Shown here one piece after another: positions 1 through 6,814 of a DNA stretch of 24,000 nt. Below the pieces are notes generated by a model. It searched no databases. It saw nothing but the letters and a program-made list of their open reading frames with translations, and was not told the DNA's origin. How positions within the stretch are numbered: the stretch's first letter is position 1; each line of letters begins with the position of its first letter. A program made the translations under genes and the position numbers. The stretch is from Pyrinomonadaceae bacterium (GTDB lineage: Bacteria; Acidobacteriota; Blastocatellia; Pyrinomonadales; Pyrinomonadaceae), in contig DASVQF010000014.1 of the NCBI GenBank assembly GCA_036389315.1, forward strand, positions 61,812-85,811. The letters run 5' to 3'.

Positions 1-1028
1 AGAAGAAGCCGGGCGAACTGGCTGTAGAGTTCCGCGACAGCGCGGAGGCACAGCCCGCCGCTCGTCTTGACGAGATGGAGCACGACAGGGAGGCTGCGGC
101 GGCCAGAACCGCTTCGCTCGCAGGAAAGGTGTCGGCGAGCTTCCGGGCACAGTCAGTGAATGATGAAAGTGATGCTGGCGGGAGACTCGGCGGCGCATGG
201 GCCCAAGCTTCGCCGGAGAGCGCGCCGGAGCCCGCTTCGACTACGCAGGGCGCTGAAGTCTCAGTGTATGAGACGGAGCTGGGCGGCCTCTTCTATCTCG
301 TCAACCTCGGCATCTTTCTCGGCCTGTACGGCGATTTCACGCGCCCGGCCGAACTCGCGCCGCCGCTTTCGATCTGGGATTTTGTAGCCCTCGTCGGCAG
401 AGAGCTGCTCGGAGAGAAGATTGAAGATGATCCGGTGTGGCCGCTGCTCGCATCGCTCGCCTGTCGCGCGGAAGGAGAGCCGCCGGGCCATGATTTCCGA
501 GCGCCCGACAGTTGGCGCATCCCGACAGACTGGCTCCTGCCTTTCGCGCAAAAATCTCTCTGGCGGTGGGAGGCCCGGCGCGAGCGTCTGCGTGTCGCCC
601 ACGCCGAAGGGTTCACCGTGATCGACGTTCCGCTCGGGAGGGATACGGCGGCGGCGCAACTGCTGCGCGAGCTGGAAGATTACAGGGGGGCGGCGGAGTT
701 TGAGCTGCGAGCCGCAGAGCTTTCCGCAGAGAGCGGGGCGCGGGCTGAGCTTGAGGCTGAAGGTGGGCCCACTCGGCTCGCGCGCTGGCTCGGCTGGCTC
801 ATGCCTTATGTGCGCGCGAGGCTCGCGCGGGCGCTCGCCCTTGAGAAGACGGAAGAGTTGGCCCACGTACTGTGCGAGCATAAGGCCCGCGTCGTCTGCA
901 CGGCGACTCACCTGGACGTTTATTTGAGCCTGGCCCAACTGCCCATCGGCGTCCGCTTGTCGGGCCTCGACCGAGACCCCGGCTGGGTTCCGGCCGCCGG
1001 AAGGTTCATCGCCTTCCATTTCGCCTGA
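1..1028 (+). CDS. Hypothetical protein, 5'-truncated at window edge (only a positional guess: eCIS structural / tape-measure-position protein)
   Basis: The frame is open from nt 3 with no in-frame stop before the first in-window ATG (75), so the gene probably starts upstream of the window. Stop is TGA 1026-1028. GGAGGAGGAG (1033-1042) and the ATG at 1052 of the next gene follow immediately (operon/coupling). The N part is Ala/acidic low-complexity, followed by a hydrophobic GGLFYLVNLGIFLGLYGDF segment and the C-terminus DPGWVPAAGRFIAFHF. No family recognised by eye. Confidence 0.6.
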   Translation, partial: KKPGELAVEFRDSAEAQPAARLDEMEHDREAAAARTASLAGKVSASFRAQSVNDESDAGGRLGGAWAQASPESAPEPASTTQGAEVSVYETELGGLFYLVNLGIFLGLYGDFTRPAELAPPLSIWDFVALVGRELLGEKIEDDPVWPLLASLACRAEGEPPGHDFRAPDSWRIPTDWLLPFAQKSLWRWEARRERLRVAHAEGFTVIDVPLGRDTAAAQLLRELEDYRGAAEFELRAAELSAESGARAELEAEGGPTRLARWLGWLMPYVRARLARALALEKTEELAHVLCEHKARVVCTATHLDVYLSLAQLPIGVRLSGLDRDPGWVPAAGRFIAFHFA

Positions 1029-1051
1029 GCCGGAGGAGGAGTACGCCCGCG

Positions 1052-3094
1052 ATGCGGAAAGACCCATTCGAGAATCTGCCGCCGAGCGCCGCAACACACT
1101 TTCAACTCTACTTCTATGCGACGATTCATCGCCTGATAGAGCAGTGCGTGCTGCAATTCGGGTCTCGTGAAGCCCTCTTTGAGCAGTTCCCTTTCCTCGC
1201 CGGTTATTACGGCGAGCTGGCGGCCAAGGGGCTGAACCGTCTGGCTTCGTCAGAGGCGACGAAGTGGTGGGCCAACGCTTTGCGGCAGTGGGAAGAGGGC
1301 GTCGCCGAGCACCTGCCTCTGAGGGCCTTGCGGACTGCCTGCGAGCTTGACCGCCAGACCTTGATGCTGCTCGTCCTCCTGGGGCTGATCGAAGAGGACG
1401 CGCGCCTGGGGTTGCTGTTTGAGACCTTGCAGGGCATAGCAGGCCAGCAGCGCCCGACGGCCGGGCTGCTGGGCGGCTGGTGGGCCAACCCTGACGACAT
1501 GACCAGCGTCCGCACGGGTATCCGGCGATTGCAGGAGTTTGGGCTCGTACAGGTCGTAAACCCGGAAGCGCCGCGCGTCCAGTGGGCCTATCAGGTTCCT
1601 TCGCCCCTGTGGGACGCTTTGCGAGGCGAAGCGCATAAAACGCTCACTCCATGGGCCACCTATCAAGCGCCCGAGACTCTGCTGAGCATGGACGAGCTGA
1701 TCGTCCCTGAGCCTTTGCGGCGGACGCTCTCGTTAATTCCGCAACTGCTCCTGAGCGGCGAGGCCGAAGCGATCATCGTTCGTGGGCCCAGCCGTAACGG
1801 CAGGCGCACGCTGCTGGGCGCGCTGGCGCGCTCGACGGGACGCGGCGCGCTCTTGATAGAGGGCCTCGGCAAGGTTGCGGACGAGCGCCTCTCGCTGGTG
1901 GGCCCACTCTCGACCACGCTCAACGCGCTGCCCCTTCTGGCGCTCGATCTTGAGCCAGGCGCTACGGCCGAGCTTCCGCGTCTGCGCGGCTATGAAGGGC
2001 CCGTCGGGGTCGTCATGGGCAGGCAGGGCGGAGTCTGTGGGCCCAACGTGGAGCGCGCCGTCACGCTCAGGCTCGACATCCCTGACGTGGAAGCGAGACG
2101 CCTCCACTGGCAATCCTGCTTCGCGGGCGTAGAGGTCGCGGAGCCGGACAGGATTTGCGAGCGGTTTCGGATGACGGGCGGCAATATTCGGCGGGCCGCG
2201 CGGTTGGCCCAGTCCTACGCCGCGCTCGACGCCCGCACGCGCGTCCTGCCGGAAGACGTGCAGCAGGCCAGCCGCGCGCTCAATCGCCAGGCGCTCGACA
2301 CGCTGGCCGCTCATCTGGAAACCTCCGGCGATTGGTCTGAGCTGGCCGTGAGCGCAGAGACCCTCACGGAGCTGCGCCATCTGGAAAGTCGTTGCTGCTA
2401 TCGCGAGCGGTTGCAGCGGGCGGTCGGCCCCGTGCTCGGCAGGCAATTGAACGCAGGCGTGCGGGCGCTCTTCAGTGGGCCGAGCGGCACGGGCAAGACC
2501 CTGGCGGCCAAGCTGCTGGCGAGCCAGCTTCAGATGGACATTTACCGCCTTGATCTTTCGACCGTCGTCAACAAGTACATCGGCGAGACGGAAAAGAGCT
2601 TGAGCCAAATCTTCTCGCGCGCCGAAGAGCTGGACGTGATCCTGCTCCTGGACGAAGGGGATGCATTGCTGACTCAGCGGACGAACGTGCAGAGCTCTAA
2701 CGACCGTTACGCCAACCTGGAGACGAACTACCTGCTGCAACGTCTCGAATCGTTCGAGGGCATTATGATCGTCACGACCAACGCGGGCGACCGCATCGAC
2801 ACGGCCTTTCAGCGGCGCATGGACGTGGTGGTCAATTTCCGCGCGCCCGAAGCGGCCGAGCGTTGGGCCATCTGGCAACTGCACCTGGCCGAGACGAGCG
2901 TCGTGGACGCGTCTCGCCTGCGCGAGATGGCCGTGCGCTGCGCGCTCACGGGCGGACAGATTCGCAATGCAGTGCTGTACGCCTCTGTCCTCGCGCTCGG
3001 CAACGGCGGCGTTGTCGAGAATAAACATTTGGAAGCAGCCATCAGACGCGAATATCGCAAGATGGGCGCAGTCTGTCCTTTGCGCTCGTCCTAG
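1052..3094 (+). CDS. AAA+ ATPase with a degenerate first and a canonical second AAA module (Afp15/Pvc15/Cis15-like eCIS ATPase candidate)
   Basis: 680 aa. Strong RBS GGAGGAGGAG lies 9 nt upstream of the ATG. The C-terminal module has Walker A GPSGTGKT (nt 2477-2500), Walker B ILLLDE (2639-2656), sensor-1 VTTN and an Arg finger in FQRRMD. The middle module has a degenerate P-loop GPSRNGRRT with no Lys-Thr/Ser. An N-terminal region of about 230 aa is non-ATPase. The AAA+ call is secure; the eCIS subtype call rests on architecture and neighbours. Confidence 0.88.
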   Translation: MRKDPFENLPPSAATHFQLYFYATIHRLIEQCVLQFGSREALFEQFPFLAGYYGELAAKGLNRLASSEATKWWANALRQWEEGVAEHLPLRALRTACELDRQTLMLLVLLGLIEEDARLGLLFETLQGIAGQQRPTAGLLGGWWANPDDMTSVRTGIRRLQEFGLVQVVNPEAPRVQWAYQVPSPLWDALRGEAHKTLTPWATYQAPETLLSMDELIVPEPLRRTLSLIPQLLLSGEAEAIIVRGPSRNGRRTLLGALARSTGRGALLIEGLGKVADERLSLVGPLSTTLNALPLLALDLEPGATAELPRLRGYEGPVGVVMGRQGGVCGPNVERAVTLRLDIPDVEARRLHWQSCFAGVEVAEPDRICERFRMTGGNIRRAARLAQSYAALDARTRVLPEDVQQASRALNRQALDTLAAHLETSGDWSELAVSAETLTELRHLESRCCYRERLQRAVGPVLGRQLNAGVRALFSGPSGTGKTLAAKLLASQLQMDIYRLDLSTVVNKYIGETEKSLSQIFSRAEELDVILLLDEGDALLTQRTNVQSSNDRYANLETNYLLQRLESFEGIMIVTTNAGDRIDTAFQRRMDVVVNFRAPEAAERWAIWQLHLAETSVVDASRLREMAVRCALTGGQIRNAVLYASVLALGNGGVVENKHLEAAIRREYRKMGAVCPLRSS

Positions 3095-3109
3095 CCGCCA
3101 GGACTTGAG

Positions 3110-6100
3110 ATGGAAACAGCACGCGTTCCAGCCAAGCAGTCCGCCAGTCCGCCCGCCGCCGCCGCCGCAACGACACGGCGCACGAGCGTCGAGCCTACGG
3201 TCGTGCCCGGCGCGCAGGCAGCCATGCGACAGGTCAGCGGCCCTTCGGTGCGGCTCGGGACGGAGACGACGCCCCCGGCTCCCGCCCTGCCGGAAGAGAC
3301 TGCCAAGACCGTCTCGGGGACGGGCCTGGGCCAGCCGCTCCCGCAAGACATCAGGCAGACGCTTGAGAAGAATTTCGGCGCTTCCTTAGAGAAGGTGCGC
3401 GTCCACACGGACACCGCCGCCACGCGCGCGGCGCAGAGCCTCTCGGCCCGCGCCTTCACCTACGGCAATCACATCTTCCTCGGCCCCGGCGAAAAGCCCA
3501 CAGACCTCGCATTGATAGCGCACGAGGCCGCTCACATTGTCCAGCAACGCGGCGCTCCGGTGGTGCAACGCTTCATGACCGATCAGAGCGATGCTTACGA
3601 GGCTGAAGCGCAGAGGGCCTCTGCGGCCGCGCTCCGTCAAGAGCCGTTCCGGGTGCGCGAGCGAACCAGCGGCTTCCGTGTGCAGAGACTCGGCAAAAGC
3701 GATGCGCTCAACTTCTTTGCCGGCGCGGCGAACGCCATTCCGGGCTTCAGGATGTTCACCATCATCATCGGCGTCAACCCGATCAACATGGCCCACGTCG
3801 AGGCCAGCCCGGGCAACATCCTGCGCGCGATCATCGAGTTCGTCCCCGGCGGGGCCCTGATTACAGAGGCGCTCGATAAGTACGGCATCTTCGATAAGGT
3901 CGGAAACTTCGTGGCCGAGCAGATTCACTCGCTCGGCGTGACGGGCGGCGTCATCCGTCAGGCGATCATGGAGTTCCTGGACGGGCTGAAGTGGTCGGAC
4001 ATCTTCGATCTGGAAGGTGTCTGGGAGCGCGCCAAGCGTATCTTCACCGAACCCATTGAGCGCATCAAGAGCTTCGTCAAGGGGCTCGCCTCCGGCATCA
4101 TCAAGTTAATCAAGGACGCTGTCCTGATGCCGCTCGCCGCGCTGGCAGCGGAGACGCGCGGCTGGGACTTGCTGACCGCCATATTGGGTAAGAACCCGAT
4201 CACGGACGAAGATGTCCCGCAAGACGCCGAAGCCTTGATCGGCGGGTTCCTGAAGCTGATCCAGCAGGACGAGATCTTTCAAAATATGAAGAAGGCGCGG
4301 GCGCTGCCGCGCGCAGTAGCCTGGTTCCAGAGCAACATGGGGACGCTGCTGGGCTTCGTGCAACAGATCCCGTCGCTCGCCATCAACGCCTTCAATGCGC
4401 TGGAACTGGAAGACCTCGTGCTGCTGCCCCGTGCCTTCAAAAAAGTGGCCGCAGTCTTTGGCAACTTCATCGGCGACTTCATCAATTGGGCCGGCAAGGC
4501 GATGTGGGACTTGCTGGAACTCATCTTCGATGTGGTCAGCCCCGGCGCGCTCAGCTACATCAAGAAGACGGGCGCGGCCCTCAAGAGCATCCTCAAGAAC
4601 CCGCTGCCCTTCGTCGGCAACCTGGTGCAGGCCGCCAAGCTCGGCTTCCAGAATTTCGCCGCAAACATCGGCCAGCATTTCAAGGCCGGGCTCCTGGACT
4701 GGCTCGTCGGCGCGTTGCCCGGTGTCTACATCCCGAAAGCAATCACGCTCCCCGAGATCGTCAAGCTGGTCTTCTCCGTGCTCGGGCTCTCTTGGGCCAA
4801 CATTCGGGCCAAGCTCGTCAAAGTGATCGGCGAGCCTGCCATGAAAGTCCTTGAGACAACCTTCGACATCGTCGTCACGCTGGTCACGCAAGGCCCTGCG
4901 GCGGCCTGGGAAAAGATCAAGGATCAACTCGCCTCGCTCAAGGATCAGATCATCGGCGGCATCACCGATCTGGTGATCGACGCTGTGAAGAAGAAGGCCG
5001 TGCCCAAGATCGTCGCCATGTTCATCCCCGGCGCTGGCTTCATCTCGGCGATACTCTCGATCTACGACACGGTCATGGTCTTCGTCCAAAAGCTGTCGAA
5101 GATCGCGCAGGTCGTCTCGGCCTTCGTCAACTCCATCGTCGCCATCGCTGGCGGCAACATCGCCGGAGCCGCCAAACGCGTGGAAAGCGTGCTCGCCGGG
5201 CTGCTCTCTCTGGCCATCAACTTCCTCGCAGGCTTCGCCGGGCTGGGCAAGATCGCCGACAAGGTGATGGGCATCATTCAGAAGGTTCGCGCCACGGTTG
5301 ACAAGGCTATAGACTGGCTCATCAACTGGATCGTGACGATGGCGAAGAAGCTCTTCGCCAAGCTTTTCGGGAGGGATAAGCCTCTCGACCCGGCAGAAGC
5401 GCAAAATTTACTGGATAAGGGAATGCTTGCCGCGCAGTCGGCTGTGAGCCGGTTTAAAGGGAAGGCTGTCGGCGAAGCTGTCTTGCGTCCCTTGCTTGCC
5501 GTCATCAAATTCCGCTACAAGTTGACAGAGCTGAATCTGGTAGTCGAAGGTAAAGAATATAGTATTGAGGCAGCCATCAATCCGAAGAAGAAGGAGAGAG
5601 TGGTCGGCGTCAAAGTCTCCGATGGCAAGTTTGAAGCAACGATTGATTTCGCCGCCAAACCGGACTTGGATCAGAAAGAGTTCAGGTATCAGATTCGCAT
5701 GGCCCAGAGCGAGATGAAGGGGATGACCTGTGAAGAGTGGCTGAAGAGACGTGAGCAGTTCTTCAAATTGAAGAAAGAGAGGGCCGAGCGCGGCTTCGCC
5801 AACCCCGAAGGCAGAGACCCGGCGGCGGCACAGCGCGCAGAGTACTTCAAGGATCGCCTCCTCAGTTTTCTGGTCATGCAAGAGAAGAAGAAAGCTCCGG
5901 ACATTCCCGACGATAAGGCCAAGGCTCAAGCACAGGCTCGTTATGATGACCTGACAAAGGGCAAGTTCCTGACGCACTATTTAGACCAGGTTGCGGGCGG
6001 CGATCCGACACGCATCAGGGGCTGGCGCGACGAGCGTGTAGACGCTTCTATCGGCGCAGCCTGGCCGTCGCGGGCCAAAGAACTGGAAGCCAAGATCAAG

Positions 6101-6175
6101 GATAAAGTGGCCCCGGAGGAACTGAAGAACACCCAGTTGATGCTTACCCTGACGGTAAATGGCTCACCCGTGTAG
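3110..6175 (+). CDS. DUF4157 (HExxH zincin-like) domain polymorphic toxin; C-terminal Ntox15/Tde-like HxxD nuclease domain candidate
   Basis: 1021 aa. AGGA lies 6 nt upstream of the ATG, which is 15 nt after the ATPase stop. The DUF4157 signature GQPLPQDIRQTLEKNFGASLEKVRVHTDTAATRAAQSLSARAFTYGNHIFLGPGEKPTDLALIAHEAAHIVQQ spans nt 3326-3547, with HEAAH at 3521-3535. A long helical/hydrophobic middle covers roughly aa 190-760. The Lys/Glu-rich helical C-terminal domain carries THYLDQVAGGD (H956, D959; nt 5975-5986). Confidence 0.85.
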   Translation: METARVPAKQSASPPAAAAATTRRTSVEPTVVPGAQAAMRQVSGPSVRLGTETTPPAPALPEETAKTVSGTGLGQPLPQDIRQTLEKNFGASLEKVRVHTDTAATRAAQSLSARAFTYGNHIFLGPGEKPTDLALIAHEAAHIVQQRGAPVVQRFMTDQSDAYEAEAQRASAAALRQEPFRVRERTSGFRVQRLGKSDALNFFAGAANAIPGFRMFTIIIGVNPINMAHVEASPGNILRAIIEFVPGGALITEALDKYGIFDKVGNFVAEQIHSLGVTGGVIRQAIMEFLDGLKWSDIFDLEGVWERAKRIFTEPIERIKSFVKGLASGIIKLIKDAVLMPLAALAAETRGWDLLTAILGKNPITDEDVPQDAEALIGGFLKLIQQDEIFQNMKKARALPRAVAWFQSNMGTLLGFVQQIPSLAINAFNALELEDLVLLPRAFKKVAAVFGNFIGDFINWAGKAMWDLLELIFDVVSPGALSYIKKTGAALKSILKNPLPFVGNLVQAAKLGFQNFAANIGQHFKAGLLDWLVGALPGVYIPKAITLPEIVKLVFSVLGLSWANIRAKLVKVIGEPAMKVLETTFDIVVTLVTQGPAAAWEKIKDQLASLKDQIIGGITDLVIDAVKKKAVPKIVAMFIPGAGFISAILSIYDTVMVFVQKLSKIAQVVSAFVNSIVAIAGGNIAGAAKRVESVLAGLLSLAINFLAGFAGLGKIADKVMGIIQKVRATVDKAIDWLINWIVTMAKKLFAKLFGRDKPLDPAEAQNLLDKGMLAAQSAVSRFKGKAVGEAVLRPLLAVIKFRYKLTELNLVVEGKEYSIEAAINPKKKERVVGVKVSDGKFEATIDFAAKPDLDQKEFRYQIRMAQSEMKGMTCEEWLKRREQFFKLKKERAERGFANPEGRDPAAAQRAEYFKDRLLSFLVMQEKKKAPDIPDDKAKAQAQARYDDLTKGKFLTHYLDQVAGGDPTRIRGWRDERVDASIGAAWPSRAKELEAKIKDKVAPEELKNTQLMLTLTVNGSPV

Positions 6176-6234
6176 GCCGTCCGCCCGACTGCAACCGGGT
6201 CATGATGAATTTGAGGAAAAGAGGTTGAGAGAGT

Positions 6235-6786
6235 ATGGCAGCATTTGAATCATTTAAGAAGAGGTACGGAGAGCCTCAAGCGTGCGTCCCTGCGCCTGCC
6301 GCCAGTATCGAGCAGTACGGCGGAAAGTTACCCGAGGCATTGCTTCAAGAGTGGCAGGCGTCGGGCTGGTGTCGCTACGGAGACGGACTCTTCTGGATCG
6401 TCAACCCGTCGGAATATGTAGAGATTCTATCAGACTGGACGGCCGACCCTGAGGAAACTTACGTGATCTCGCGCACCGCCTTTGGCGGCCTGATCGTTTG
6501 GGACGATAATCAAGCATATTTTATCGACGTAGTGACCGGCGACACCCTGCCCATGCTTGACTCTGTTGAAGAGTTGTTCGACGACATGCTGACTGACGAC
6601 TCGTTTGCCCTCAACGAATTTCGACTGAAGGACTTTGAGGCGGCGGTCGCGCGCCTGGGAATTCTGGAGCAGGATGAGTGCTACGGCTACTTTCCCCCGT
6701 TAGCCCTCGGTGGGCCGGGGACAGTCGAGACTATCCGAAAGATTAAGTTGCGCGAGCATCTGCACTTCCTATCCCAGTTGACTTGA
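6235..6786 (+). CDS. GAD-like + DUF1851 immunity protein (Tdi1-like, cognate immunity to Ntox15/Tde DNases)
   Basis: 183 aa, the typical length for this two-domain family. Hallmark stretches are YGGKLPEALLQEWQASGWCRYGDGLFWIVNPSEY, SRTAFGGLIVWD, and the C-terminal CYGYFPPLALGGPGTVETIRKIKLREHLHFLSQL. The gene starts 59 nt after the toxin stop, on the same strand, with a purine-rich RBS (gaggaaaagagg). Confidence 0.8.
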   Translation: MAAFESFKKRYGEPQACVPAPAASIEQYGGKLPEALLQEWQASGWCRYGDGLFWIVNPSEYVEILSDWTADPEETYVISRTAFGGLIVWDDNQAYFIDVVTGDTLPMLDSVEELFDDMLTDDSFALNEFRLKDFEAAVARLGILEQDECYGYFPPLALGGPGTVETIRKIKLREHLHFLSQLT

Positions 6787-6814
6787 GCCGTGCCCATGAT
6801 GTCGAGGAGAAACT

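Noticed and set aside
1733-3346. 537-aa minus-strand ORF, together with 261-1097 (-) and 4106-5404 (-), antisense to the ATPase, hypothetical and toxin genes
   Set aside because: These are typical high-GC shadow ORFs. Their translations are Arg/Ala/Gly/Pro-rich with no motifs, while the + strand frames carry clear Walker, DUF4157 and other signatures plus RBS-start geometry.
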